Notes under the pieces: model-generated
Told to the model about the DNA's origin: nothing
Database searches by the model: none
The model's input: the letters and a program-made list of their open reading frames with translations, nothing else
Translations under genes and position numbers: made by a program
Part shown: positions 12,095 to 24,600 of the stretch, one piece after another
Position numbering within the stretch: the stretch's first letter is position 1
How the letters are laid out: every line of letters begins with the position of its first letter
Source: Williopsis jadinii
Lineage: Eukaryota
Direction of reading: 5' to 3'
NCBI GenBank assembly: GCA_024346625.1
Contig: AP024665.1
Span: 2,170,001 to 2,234,000 of the forward strand
Length of the DNA: 64,000 nt

Positions 12095-14276
12095 CTCTCC
12101 TCGTTTCTAATTCCGTTATGATGTTAACAAGCACTAAGTATTCATACACTTCCTGACTGTGATAATAAAGACAGAGACTTTAAAGGAGATTCCAAACTTC
12201 TCATTCAACAACAAATCTCCCGCTTCTTGGGGGGCCCGCAAGAGACAAGTGTTTGCTCTTATAAAATAAACCCGTATCGTGTTAAGCTTCCTGTTCTGTG
12301 TCGATGACCTGAACTGGCAACCGCACAGGTGGTTTGCGCAGCAGTGCCGATCCATATTTCTTTTTCCTTCTCGTTTCAGAAATAGTTTCCAGTAAGCCGC
12401 CGGCCACGAATCAACGCAGTTTGTGCGTGGCGGATTTCGATATCCGTGGCACATTTGGCGGTGTTGGACCTCCTATGTTTTAGAGGGGGAAATGTGTTGT
12501 AGGATGGAGGAGTAGCAGCTGAAGTGGTGGATGACTTCTTTTTACAGTGGGAATTGTTGCTGTTCTTCTAAACTGGGCGAGAAGTTCTTTGCCACCAATT
12601 ATAGACCAGTTAAAGAGAGCCGATCGAGCAATGGGCTATGCTTGGAGCCGTTGGGGCTGCTTACACAGAGCGTTGGCATGCTCAGCGTGCCACTGTGTTT
12701 AGCACAAGGTATTCAGGAATGTGTGTTGGCCTACGGAGCATAGACGTGCCGTATGTGTAACTCATTACATGTTCCGAAGTTGTGCACTTTCAACGGAGAA
12801 CTCACTTCTCGAAGACGGCTGAGCGCGCCTCAGCTGCTTATGCGCGGAATATGTTTCCCTTCCTAATTAACCTCCACCAACTTTCCGAGATCTCTGGGCT
12901 GGTGATTTCGATACACACACGCACAGAGCGTCTGAACACTGGCCTGGCCTGCCCGGAGTTCTCAACTTGAGAACTCCGTGTCTGTGTTGTGTGTGTTTTT
13001 GGTGGGCCAGGGGGGAAACACGGCAGGGGGTTGTTGCCTTTAGGGGGAAGGTTAAAGCCATGTACAAAGATTCTCGTGGCATGCACCTTCCAGGTTAAGT
13101 ACAGACCTTACAAGGACTCTGTGCAAATCGATTAAACGTCGCAGCAGGTCTAAAAACCAAAGAAGCTCTGCGCATCTGTCACATTAATGTTGGGTGATAC
13201 TACCAGTGTCAAATATATGGGTTTGCATCATCTCAGGAGATGACAGTGTGAATTATGAAATGGCTTTGAGTTTTACTCGACGCTCGGTGTTCTCCACAGT
13301 GATACAGACACTTGCCCCAAATTGCCGTCTCTAAATTTCAAACGACTGCCTTTCGGATTCGTGTTGCGCTTACCTACTAAAAGGCACAGAACTACACCCT
13401 TTGGTTTCTTGGTGGCTCACCGGAACCACAGCTTCCATTGGAGAATTTACCCCAGCCCTCATTGGTTTTAATTACCTCACGTTATGTCCATGAAGATACT
13501 GGTCACAACACTGGTCCATCAATTGAGATCAAACTGTGACAGAGGTCTGTGATGATTACACTAAAAGTCTGTGATTGCAATATATCATTCTTCATGCGAC
13601 GTACAACACAGTAGCGCTAAAGTATGATTTGTTGCACTTCAATCATAAGGGGGTGTCTAGGTGTGGTTTTACCTTTCAGGCATTTGGCAATCTTTCCATT
13701 TGGAGTAATTCGAATCTTTCCGTTTTGGGTAGTTCTCAGTCTTTTTTTTTTCGAAATTTCGGATCACTTTGCTCTAAGGTCATTCAAATTTGCTAGGCAT
13801 TAGCTAGAATGTCCAACTTAGTGACATACACATCAGTATCCTACATGCTTCTTTCATGTATCCTTTTCAATTGAAATCACAATTCTTAGATCGAGCCTGG
13901 AGACTACAAAAAGAGCTTACACAGGTCTTACTGATTTGGGTAACATTTAGGGGAAAATCACTTGAATAGCGACAGCTCCAGCCGTTGGATATATCGCACC
14001 TGGACACCATAATTTCTAAAGCGACCGATTGGACTTTCTTGCGGGAAACGCCCCGCCTCAATGATCTAGGCTCTTTCAATTGGCCACGACATCCATTTGC
14101 GTTGGGGAATCATGTAGCTGATAGCGCTAAAAGTAAGGGATTCTGCATAGGGGCTTATCAGACAACATAGCAATCAAGTTCGGTTATTCCCCTGATAAGA
14201 GCGCAAAGAAACACATATATAATCTCTCCTTCAGATCCAAAGGGTTAGAAAACGATAACATGACGTCGGCCAGCAA

Positions 14277-15737
14277 TCACAATTCAACCAGGCGGTTGTG
14301 GCCGAAGTAGTATCTCCATGGATTCATCACGATAAACTCATACCCAAATAGTAGGAAAAGCAACATTGTATCAATCCACATAGTTTCCTTTATTGACTTA
14401 TCCTTAAGACCCCATGTGAGTCCGAATATCAGCGCACCAATAGGGACTCTGAAGCCTATTCGCCAAAATTTGGACACCTGGTGGAAACCTGGATCTGTCC
14501 TGTCAATATCCACTGCTGCTATCACTGTTAGTGCGCACAGCGCAACGAAAATGCCCACATGGTAGTAGAATAAGACGCCGTATTCATCCGGTTCCAGATA
14601 TTTCACATGTATCTTTGACAGATCAGCTCCAGCATCTCCAACAATAAGCAAAGCCCCAATGACAAAGAAGTGCGAATAGATATAAACCATCGATGTGGTT
14701 GGTGAATTGCGCAATGCGTGAGTTGCTTTTCTTGAACCATCCTTGTGAGAGTAGAGAGCCATGAATAAAACGGCATTGATCAACAAACTGATACCCTTTG
14801 ATAACCTGTCGTTCCATCCAACGGACAGGGGAGACTCGGCGTTTATCGAGTACACAAACTCACCAATGGCAATGACGTAGAACGAGTGGAAACGTTCATC
14901 CTCATGTTCGATGTTCAAAGCTGTTGAATACTCCAGTTTTAACAGCCGCTTAAACCATGGGTGGACGCTGATTGCGTACTGTAGCTGTTCCACAAGAAGC
15001 CAGATCAGCGCAAATACACCTCTGTACCCAAACGTTGGAATGAGAAAGATGAAGTACCAGCATCCACTAGTGAACAGAACGCAGCAAGCATAGATTCTCA
15101 TCTGTGTTCGGTGTTCTTTGACCCATATTGAATAAAACAACAGTATCAGCGCAAATGAAAATCCAGCACTTGTATAGCTGATAACAACAGCTAACCATGC
15201 GCTTGTGTTGTTAACGTCATCCAAAGCTTCGCAATTGTTGTCGTAGATGAGCAACAGCACCAGCTCCCATACGACAAAGACCATTTGTAACAAGTCTTCG
15301 TTGTAATAGTAGTTCATGAACTCCTTGAGTGATGACCAAATCATCCAAGCAGGTGCAAACAACAATATGTACTTTGCAGCTGAGGCCCACGAGTGTGATG
15401 CAACTGCACTCGATGCGAGATTTGCAGCAACACCAACATACACCAAGTCGATAAACAATTCCATGATACTTGAAGACCGTTCATGTTTTGTTCTGTACAA
15501 TACACCCTTGTAGAAGAAATTCAAGGCATATGGTGTTGTGAAGTATGGATTTCTCTCAGGAGGTTCAATGAACTTGACTGAGACGTCTCCATACTTTGAG
15601 ATGAACTCTGCCACTTCGGCGTTATCTTTGAAAATTCCCTGCGGGTCCAACCCCTCTGAGTCAACCTCAACGTTTGCGGGCTCACCAGCGCTGTGCTGTT
15701 CCTGTGAGAATGGATAGGGCACGCTACTTGAAGTCAT
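14277..15737 (-). CDS. LtrA (low temperature requirement A) family multi-pass membrane protein
   Basis: ELFIDLVYV and EHEDERFHSFYVIAIGE motifs typical of LtrA, with many TM helices. ATG 15737 follows a TATAAAA about 55 bp upstream. Confidence 0.8.
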   Translation of the reverse strand: MTSSSVPYPFSQEQHSAGEPANVEVDSEGLDPQGIFKDNAEVAEFISKYGDVSVKFIEPPERNPYFTTPYALNFFYKGVLYRTKHERSSSIMELFIDLVYVGVAANLASSAVASHSWASAAKYILLFAPAWMIWSSLKEFMNYYYNEDLLQMVFVVWELVLLLIYDNNCEALDDVNNTSAWLAVVISYTSAGFSFALILLFYSIWVKEHRTQMRIYACCVLFTSGCWYFIFLIPTFGYRGVFALIWLLVEQLQYAISVHPWFKRLLKLEYSTALNIEHEDERFHSFYVIAIGEFVYSINAESPLSVGWNDRLSKGISLLINAVLFMALYSHKDGSRKATHALRNSPTTSMVYIYSHFFVIGALLIVGDAGADLSKIHVKYLEPDEYGVLFYYHVGIFVALCALTVIAAVDIDRTDPGFHQVSKFWRIGFRVPIGALIFGLTWGLKDKSIKETMWIDTMLLFLLFGYEFIVMNPWRYYFGHNRLVEL

Positions 15738-16006
15738 AGTGTACTGTTCTTTTCTCAATTGACTGGTTTCCCAAGTGGGCTCGCCGGTCTTTTTATATGC
15801 TTGCACATTGCTACATCGTGGGCTTCAACTTTGATCATCGTCCCAATTCTAACCCACTATGCGTCAAAGGGTGCATACACCTTGCTGAGCGATGCACATG
15901 CTTCACAATTCCACAAAACGCATTGCAATGTATCGATACTACTCAAAACTGCTTTAAAAATATACGAGAATTGTAATTAAAAATCCTGCTCGCTTGACGA
16001 TACTAC

Positions 16007-16771
16007 TCAATGAGCCGTAAAGCCACCAGAAGCGTAGATTGTTTGACCAGTGATCCAGTGACCCTCAGTAACCAAGAATCTCACAATTGGAACAATGTCC
16101 TCAACCTCAGTCAAACGGCCACCCAGGCCCATGGTCTTAAAGAAAGCCACGGATTCATCAGTCTCTTGACCGTAGAGAAATGGTGTGTCCATTGGACCTG
16201 GTGCAACACAGTTAACATTCACGCCCTTTGAGTGCAGCTCCTTTGAAGATGTTTTGGTAAAGTACTCAACAGGTGCCTTTGCACCTTGATAAATACCATA
16301 ACCATCGCAGTAAGCAGCCAAAAGGGACGTCACCAACATGACAATTGAGCCTCCATCATTGATATATTGGGAAGCAAACTTCAAAAACTGGAATGAAGCC
16401 TTTGAATTGATGTCAAACATGGTGTCATACTCTGCAGTAGTGACTTTTGCAATTGGCTTCTTCAAAACCATACCAGCATTGTTAATGGCAATATCAACGC
16501 CCCCGAATTTGGCCTTGGCCTCCTCAAACAGCTTTTTAGCATCCTCCTCCTTAGCCAAATCACCTTGAACGGCAATTGAGTCAACGCCGTACTCTGACTT
16601 CAAACTCTCGATCAAGCTTGAAGCTTGAGACTGTTCAGAAACAGAGTGGAAGGCAATCACAATGTTTGCACCGAGCCTTGCCAGCTCCTTAACAGTCTTA
16701 GCGCCGAGGTTCTTGGTACCACCAGTGACAATTGCAGTTTTTCCTTCAAGAGAAATGTTCAATGGAGCCAT
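16007..16771 (-). CDS. Short-chain dehydrogenase/reductase (PRK12744-like)
   Basis: TGGTKNLG nucleotide-binding site, NNAG, catalytic YQGAK, PGPMDTPF and WITGQT. Confidence 0.9.
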   Translation of the reverse strand: MAPLNISLEGKTAIVTGGTKNLGAKTVKELARLGANIVIAFHSVSEQSQASSLIESLKSEYGVDSIAVQGDLAKEEDAKKLFEEAKAKFGGVDIAINNAGMVLKKPIAKVTTAEYDTMFDINSKASFQFLKFASQYINDGGSIVMLVTSLLAAYCDGYGIYQGAKAPVEYFTKTSSKELHSKGVNVNCVAPGPMDTPFLYGQETDESVAFFKTMGLGGRLTEVEDIVPIVRFLVTEGHWITGQTIYASGGFTAH

Positions 16772-17273
16772 GATTGTAGATATTATAGTGTTTTTCGTTA
16801 TCGGTACCGAGTACTTTCAATTCAATTCCATCGTCAATGGAAGATTTTTGATCCCCTTTTATAATTTTTCTCACACCCATGAACTGCACTCATTATCAAT
16901 TTCCCCAGCATCCGCTAATGCAAAGGAGTCCATAATAGGACAGTAGCCACCCGTCTATGACAACCCAAATGTTAACCCCTTTGTTTTGGATTTCGTTCAC
17001 CTACAAAACTCCACAAACTTCAACCTCAAATGGAAGCAATTTTGGGTCTATGCATGAATGTGCATCCGCGATTCTTCCCCTTTTCAGCTTCCAACAGTCC
17101 GCAAAAACCGGGGGCCCTCTTCTTATGTAATAGACATTGTGTTTGGGTGTTGTGCTCCTACCGAGCACTATCACCCTTTTTTAAACCCTTTTGCCACAAA
17201 CGAAGAACCCAACAAAGGCAGTCACAGCGGTGAAATAACATCTACTTCTCAGCATAAATCGACGGCTAAAGAC

Positions 17274-18032
17274 ATGTCATATCAACCAGCAAGCAATCCA
17301 CCTGCGTACACAGATGATCCAAATGCGCCTCCGTTACACGATCCATTGGCGGATGATTTCAAGTATGATACCGTGGTTTCCGGCTGTGAGTTGAGCATTC
17401 GTCAACAGTTCATCAGAAAGGTGTATACATTGCTCTTCTTGCAACTGCTTCTGACGACAGGCCTTGGAGCGCTCATCTCGATGAATGATGCTGCAAAGAG
17501 CTTTGCCCTGAACAACACTTGGTTATTCTTTGTGAGTATCTTTGGTTCATTTGCCTGCTTAATCGGAGCCTTTATTCAAAGCAAGAAGTACCCTGTAAAC
17601 TTGGTCCTATTAGGACTCTTTACTCTATTTGAAGGGTACACAATCGGTGTCGCGACGAGTCTCTATGATAGCGGGATCGTTATCGAGGCGCTAGTTATAA
17701 CTTTGGTGATCTTTGTCGGGTTGACGGCATTCGCATTCCAATCCAAGTACGACTTCACATCTTGGGCAGGCGTGTTGAACTCCTGTCTCTTTGCCCTTAT
17801 CGGTATTGGCTTCATCCAAATCTTCTTCACCCCTTCAAACACCATGGAATTGGTATACAGCGGTATTGGAGCCATCGTCTTCTCCGGTTACATCTTGGTT
17901 GATACTCAACTCATAATGAGAAAGTTCAACATTGAAGAAGAAATACCTGCCGCAATCACGTTGTACTTGGACATCATCAACTTGTTCTTGAACATCTTGA
18001 GGATCCTTTCTTCCAGTAGCAACGATAACTAA
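17274..18032 (+). CDS. BXI1: Bax inhibitor-1/TMBIM family protein
   Basis: IRQQFIRKVYTLL, YILVDTQ and LYLDIINLFLNILRIL motifs; likely ATG at 17274. Confidence 0.9.
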   Translation: MSYQPASNPPAYTDDPNAPPLHDPLADDFKYDTVVSGCELSIRQQFIRKVYTLLFLQLLLTTGLGALISMNDAAKSFALNNTWLFFVSIFGSFACLIGAFIQSKKYPVNLVLLGLFTLFEGYTIGVATSLYDSGIVIEALVITLVIFVGLTAFAFQSKYDFTSWAGVLNSCLFALIGIGFIQIFFTPSNTMELVYSGIGAIVFSGYILVDTQLIMRKFNIEEEIPAAITLYLDIINLFLNILRILSSSSNDN

Positions 18033-18248
18033 TCACGTGAGAACATTATGTCTGTAACGCAATCATTAATCCCAAGGATATGTGAAAACCATTCGTGTTT
18101 TGTAGTTGACGAGATGCGATGAGAGCTCCACGGCGGGTTGTGTCACAAAAATTCTCGGAAGGAGGAGAAAAAAAAACAACACTCAACAAGGTGTATACCA
18201 CGTTCTACAGAAGGAACACTTCTATACATAGCGAATCGAAAGTATACC

Positions 18249-18986
18249 ATGTCAGATGCCTCCAGCTCATCTCAGAGTACATGTAAGTGTCTGTAAATGG
18301 CTGGTTTCGAAACATGTTTTACTGACATGCCATGGGAAGTGCTCTATACAACCCTTACAGTCAACTCCACAACACTATTTACCCTTGAATCGCCTTCATT
18401 GGCACAGTTGGGACTCTTCTCGCTCCCTGAAAGGATTTCATCGCAGATGTCACGGATAAACTCGTCCTCTACTCCAATGGGTGAGATTCCAATGGAAATC
18501 GGGTCTACTACTGTCACTGTTATGTACGTCAAAGAGATTGTACAAGATGATATTGTGACGGTGGTTACCGCTGTGGATTCCAACATGAGTAAGGTCTTAC
18601 CGATCACAACTCTTCAAAGACTACTGCAGGAATGGAAGCTTTTCAAGGAGGATGAACATAACAGAACCATAGCCTTCAAAGTTACATTCAACCACGTCAT
18701 TAAGCATCTCGAAAATGAGTTCTCGAGGAGTGGGTTGCGCAATACAAGGGATGAGCTCGAGAGAACAAGACAGGTTATGGAGGATAACATCGAACGAGTT
18801 GTGGAGCGCAACGAAAGGATCGGATTGCTGGTTGATAAGACGGATAGATTAACTGAACTGAGTAATGGGTTCAGGGGTTCCGCCACTAGGGTAAAGCGGG
18901 CTATGTGGTGGCACAATTTCAAATTTTGGGTTGCTATCGTCATAGTTGTCATTTTACTTTTGCTTATTTGTCTGAAGGTCATTTAG
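18249..18986 (+). CDS. NYV1: Vacuolar longin R-SNARE (Nyv1/VAMP7-like); 2 exons (18249-18282, 18340-18986)
   Basis: R-SNARE motif VMEDNIERVVERNERIGLLVDKTDRL, then MWWHNFK and a TM anchor. Intron GTAAGT...TACTGAC...AAG near the 5' end, as in S. cerevisiae NYV1. Confidence 0.8.
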
Positions 18987-19128
18987 GATTGGTTATGGTA
19001 AACAATGATCTCTCTGGCGTTGGAAATCCCAGTGAATGTTCTCTATTTTATGAGCTATATATATCACCACTTTGTCCTCGTTTTGTGTAGTTGCTACGTC
19101 TGTACTCTTTTGGTAAATGGTATCTATT

Positions 19129-19843
19129 TCATTCTTGTTGACTTTCAGTTTCAGCATCACTTACGGTATCTTCCCTCGAGTCTGACTTGAGCTTCTTTGA
19201 AACTGGTCCTCTGGTTTCCTCGACCTGCGTTTCGTCATTATCAAGAGTCTCCATGCTATCAACTTCTTCTACTGTTTCATTACCATTATCTTCTTGTTCA
19301 TCAATCGTCTCCTCGCTCGCCTCTTTCATCTTTTGATCAGGCACAACATCAGACTGTGTTGTTACTTGAGTTTGAGACTGGGCCAGTGCCTGTGCCAATT
19401 TTTCCTCTCTTTTCTTCTTCTTTTGAGCATCCTTACGAGCTTGGAAAGAATCCAGCTCTTCACTCACCGAAGGGATGAATGAAGAAAATTCAGCCTTTTC
19501 AAGTGCATTGATTATATCTTGTGGTCCAATGGTCTTTCTATCAAACTGTTTGGCATGTTGTCTAGCACTGTAGGAGAAGTCGTTAGTACTTCTAATCACC
19601 ACTTCTGAAGACTAATAGCCATACGTACTGCACTAAGAGGTAGCTCACAAAGACTGTGGAGCTCCGCTGTAGGGCTGTTGAACTGTCTTTGGAAATCAAT
19701 CCTCCCTCTGGTAAAATGGCCCTTGCCAATTTGTTCACAGTCGCCTTGGGAAAAAGGATATCCTCAATGGAGATCATATCCCTCTCCTTGGTGGAAACAG
19801 GATAGCTTCCATCTGAATTCTTTCTCCATCCTTTTGGTGGCAT
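19129..19843 (-). CDS. DPB4: DNA polymerase epsilon/ISW2 histone-fold subunit; 2 exons (19843-19629, 19567-19129)
   Basis: MPPKGWRK N-terminus and ISKDSSTALQRSSTVFVSYL. Intron GTACGT...TACTAAC...CAG joins ...LLVH-ARQHAK...RKTIGPQDI. Confidence 0.92.
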
Positions 19844-19934
19844 CTCTATCAAGTTGATATCGGTATTGAATGTGGAAAAGGGAAAGTATCTTGAGACATA
19901 TAGTTGTTGGTGGTGGTGATGTTGTTGTTCAAGT

Positions 19935-20046
19935 ACGCGTTTTCGCGTTGCGGTGTTTCGATGCTTCTGTTTCGCAACTTTTGCGCAAATGTTTTACGCA
20001 ATAGTACGCCATATTCCTGTTTTGGAAACATCGGCGCCATTACCCG
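19935..20046. promoter_or_regulatory. Divergent DPB4/HAP3 promoter with MCB (ACGCGT), SCB-like (TTTCGCG) and Reb1 (TTACCCG) sites
   Basis: ACGCGT 19935-19940, TTTCGCG 19941-19947, TTACCCG 20040-20046. Confidence 0.55.
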
Positions 20047-20404
20047 AAATTTTGGGAAAAAAAGCGTCGACGGAGAAAACCAGCTAATCGGACGGGGAGT
20101 AAACATAATCACACACATCGCAAACAAATTGCTCGGAGATTCATCTTTGAAGACAAGGAACATATTGAAGAAGTTGAGAGATTAAAGGCTTTGAACGTAC
20201 ATTTACTCTTTCAAATTGTAGAGCTCTCTCATTGGTTGAACTGGACCGTGGTGTTTTGTCTGCTTATTTTTTGTTCTTGTTTTCCTGGTCTTATAATTCT
20301 GTCTAGTTTCATCAAGAGGAAGAAGAGCGGGTCATTGTGGTGGATTCAATATTGCTGGCTGTATAGAAGGGACACACGATATATATTAAAGACGTTGTGA
20401 CGAG

Positions 20405-21322
20405 ATGTCTACGCATGAATTGGAATCTATTGGTGTTGACCACTTGATTGCCGAGCCTGAAGACATTAATATGGAGCATGTGAACGGGCTCTATGATCAT
20501 GATGGTGATGCTCAAAGGGTCGGGGATGATGAGAATTCTGCTATAGAAGACAACACCGCGGCCTCTGCTGCTGCCGCCGCTGCCGCTGCCGCCGCTGCTG
20601 AGAAGCAACAGGAGAAGCATGATAGAGAAGTTGAATTAAGAGAACAAGACAGATGGCTACCTATTGCAAACGTTGCCAGGTTGATGAAGAACACTCTACC
20701 GTCCACTGCCAAGGTGTCCAAGGATGCTAAAGAGTGCATGCAAGAATGTGTATCGGAGTTCATATCGTTTATTACGAGTGAGGCAAGTGATAAGTGCTTA
20801 TCTGAAAAGAGAAAAACCATCAACGGTGAAGATATTCTCTTTGCCATGGCCAGTCTCGGATTTGAAAACTATGCTGAAGTGTTGAAGATCTACTTGGCCA
20901 AGTACAGAGAGCAACAAGCGTTGAAACAGGAGCGTGGGGAGAATAAGAGAACGAAAAAACAACAACTCCAAGATCACGAGCAACAGCAGCAGCAACAACA
21001 ACAACAACTTTACGATCAGCAGCAACAGCTGGAAAGGGAGATGACCAACATCCCCGATGATGAGATAGACATTGAGAATCCCATCCCTAATGACTTAATG
21101 AATATAAAAGCCGAAGAAGACGAAATGCTCAACCTCAATGGTGATGACGCTGACGATGGACAAGATCAACACGGCACGAGTCAGAGAAACAATAGGCCTT
21201 CGAATAGCGCACATTCCCGAGACCCAGACGCACACAATGGTGCCGGTACTGCTCAAAGCCACGATTACAGTCGAGCTACGAAAGGTGACGAGGTACTATA
21301 CGATTACGCCTCTGGCTACTAG
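20405..21322 (+). CDS. HAP3: CCAAT-binding complex subunit (NF-YB)
   Basis: [18 protein letters not shown]...[18 protein letters not shown]...[11 protein letters not shown]; polyA and polyQ tracts flank the histone fold. Confidence 0.95.
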   Translation: MSTHELESIGVDHLIAEPEDINMEHVNGLYDHDGDAQRVGDDENSAIEDNTAASAAAAAAAAAAAEKQQEKHDREVELREQDRWLPIANVARLMKNTLPSTAKVSKDAKECMQECVSEFISFITSEASDKCLSEKRKTINGEDILFAMASLGFENYAEVLKIYLAKYREQQALKQERGENKRTKKQQLQDHEQQQQQQQQQLYDQQQQLEREMTNIPDDEIDIENPIPNDLMNIKAEEDEMLNLNGDDADDGQDQHGTSQRNNRPSNSAHSRDPDAHNGAGTAQSHDYSRATKGDEVLYDYASGY

Positions 21323-21369
21323 AAGCGAAGGAAACTGCCGACTGCCCTTCTTATTTATATCTGTATAAA

Positions 21370-21415
21370 CTCTTGATGTATGTCTGTGTACTCTTGATGT
21401 ATGTCTGTGTACTCT
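21370..21415. repeat. Perfect 21-bp tandem duplication (CTCTTGATGTATGTCTGTGTA x2) downstream of HAP3
   Basis: Units 21370-21390 and 21391-21411, plus a partial CTCT. Confidence 0.9.
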
Positions 21416-21670
21416 ACATGACTCCGGTTTGTTTCACATGACTTGTCGTTGTATGTGATTAAATGCCAAATTGGTGAAGCCGAAGTAACTCCGTGGACTC
21501 CAGGGGGGGAAAGAGAAATGTCTGGATGTTTTTCGCCCACCTCCGACTCCCAAAGTGTCGGGACGAATTGGTCTCTTCAAGAACACACACCTTTTCCAGA
21601 TCATAAGGAATAACAACGCTCAATTTCAAGACTATCGAGGCCACAACTCACCGTTATAAGAGGTTGAAAT

Positions 21671-24600
21671 ATGCTATCTGCTAGACGGTCTTCAGTATCA
21701 GCAGCGCGCGCTGCTGCCCGTCGTGTGCTGAGTGGTGTAAACACAAGTGTCACAATCAGTCCGGTGGCGTCACAACTAAGATTCGCTTCCTTTGTGCCAG
21801 TCAACGAGAAGCCAGTGCACCGTCTTGATGATGCTATTCTACATCAGGACATTCCTATGGTCAATCTGTTGGAACAGCTCAATGGGCTCAAACCGTTGAG
21901 TCTCAAGGACGAATCTAAGCCTGATCAAGGCAAGGACGATAGCGTTGGGGAATCTGACAAATCTGACAGCACGGAGAAGCCAGAGAAATCTGAGAAACCT
22001 GAAAAGCCCTTGAAGAAAGAGAGAAAGAGAAAAACACCAGATGCTACTGAAGACTCTAAGGTGAAGAATGAGACTGCTGCTGCAGCCACGTCTGCCTCAG
22101 CGTCCGGTGAAGCATCCTCTGGTGGTGCCGGTGACGATGGCTCAGGTGACAAGAAGAAATCTTCAGCACTACCAGTTCCTGAGGTTTATCCACAGGTTCT
22201 TGCCCTGCCAATGTCCCGCCGTCCATTGTTCCCTGGATTTTACAGACCTGTTGCCATTACTGATCCGCAGGTTATCAAGGCTATCAATGAGCTTTGTGAC
22301 AAGAAGAAACCATACATCGGTATTTTCCTCTTCAAGGATGAGAACGCCGATGGTGATGTGATTACAGATCGAGACCAGGTCCATGAGGTTGGTGTTTTTG
22401 CACAAGTCACCTCGAGCTTTGTATCCAACGACGAGATGACTGGTGTCGATACAATGACTATCATTGCATATCCACACACAAGAATCAGAATCGATGAACT
22501 CCTACCACCTAAGACCCCGCAGGAGATTGAACAAGAATTGGCTGATAATACTTTATCCATTGAAACGGAAGTTGAAACCGAACTTACAAATGAAGGTAAA
22601 GATCTGTCTTTGGCAAAGACTCAAGAGGAGAAGGAAGAGCGTGTCTTGAGTAAACTCGATGAGGAGAACGAATACAACCCTACCGAATTCATCAAGAAAT
22701 ACGAGGTCACTAGGGTCAACATTACACCATTGGAGGATGAAGCATACGATAAAAAATCACCTGTCATTAATGCACTAACCTCTGAAATTCTCAAAGTCTT
22801 TAAAGATATTTCCCAGGTCAACAGCATGTTTAGAGAACAAATTGCAACATTCAGTGCTACTATGCATGGATCTACAAATATCTTTGAACAGCCTTCAAAG
22901 CTTGCTGACTTCTGTGCTGCTATCTGTGCAGGTGAGCCTCAGGAATTGCAAGATGTGCTCGATTCTTTGAACATCGAGGATAGGTTGGAAAAGGCATTGG
23001 TTGTTCTGAAGAAGGAAGTTATGAATGCTGAATTGCAAAATAAGATTACTAAGGAGGTTGAGAGTAAGATCCAAAAGAGACAACGTGAATACTATTTGAT
23101 GGAACAACTCAAAGGTATCAAGAGAGAGTTGGGAATTGACGATGGACGTCAAAAGCTCATTGACACATTCAAGGAGAGAGCAGAAAAGTTGAAATTACCA
23201 CCAGCAGTCCAAAAGGTATTTGATGAGGAAATTTCTAAGCTGTCCACTTTGGAAACTGCAATGTCTGAATTTAGCGTTACAAGAAACTACTTGGATTGGA
23301 TAACGCAATTGCCATGGGGTAAGTACACTAAGGAGAGTTTTGATATCACCAACGCTAAAAAGATCCTGGATGAAGATCATTATGGTTTGGCTGATATCAA
23401 AGATCGTATCTTGGAATTCATTGCCGTCGGTAATTTGCTCGGTGCCGTTGATGGTAAGATCATTTGCTTTGTTGGTCCACCAGGTGTTGGTAAGACTTCT
23501 ATCGGTAAGTCTATTGCACGTGCATTGAACAGAAACTTCTTTAGATTCTCTGTTGGTGGTATCTCTGATGTTTCTGAGATCAAAGGTCATAGAAGAACGT
23601 ACATCGGTGCTCTGCCTGGTCGTATAATCCAAGGTTTGAAGAAGACACAGTCTCAAAACCCATTGTTCTTGATCGATGAAATTGACAAAGTCACGCATGG
23701 AGGTTCTCAAGGTGATCCTTCTGCCGCTTTATTGGAATTACTGGATCCAGAACAAAACTCTGAGTTTTTGGATCAATATCTGGATATCCCAGTTGATCTA
23801 TCCAAGGTTTTGTTTGTGTGTACTGCAAACACCTTGGACACTATTCCAAGACCTTTGTTGGATCGTATGGAGGTTATCGAACTTCCAGGTTACGTTGCAG
23901 AGGAGAAGGTTAAAATTGCAGAGAATTATCTGATTCCATTGGCCAAGAAGGGCTCTGGTTTGGAGGATGCCAATGTCAAACTAACCACGGAAGGTGTTGA
24001 GTATATTGTGAAACACTATGCTAAGGAGAATGGTGTCAGAAGATTGAAACAACTCACTGAAAAGGTTTTCAGAAAGGCTGCCTTCAAAGTTGTCAAGCAG
24101 GTAACGGAATCAACTGAACTTGCTAAGGAACAGAAGGAAACTGCTAAAGAGACTGCTGAAGAGAGCAGTGTCACGAATGAGTCCCAGAAGGAAACTGAGA
24201 AGCAGGAGATTGTTCCTAATCTTGAGCATAATAAGCCTTTGGAGACCAAAGAGACCGTTCTCGAGGAGAATGCTGAGGTTCAAAGACTACAAGTTCCTGA
24301 AGATTTCGAACTTGAAATTACACCGCAAAATCTCAAAGAATTTATTGGGCCTCCAATCTATCTCACAGATCGTTTGTACGAAACCACGCCTCCAGGTGTT
24401 GTCATGGGTCTTGCCTGGACTTCGATTGGTGGTACGTCCATGTACGTTGAGGTTACTGCTGAGAAGGCTGTCGATGAATCTGGCAAACCACAAGGTGGAC
24501 ACCTATCGGCGACTGGCCAATTGGGAGACGTGATGAAGGAGTCGTCCAAGATTTCGTTCTCCGTGGCAAAGCAGTACGTTGAAGACGACTTCTTCAAGAC

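Noticed and set aside
13617..13857. Possible small spliced minus-strand gene (GTATGT...GCTAAT...TAG)
   Set aside because: All frames after the acceptor hit a stop within about 10 codons; no homology recognised.
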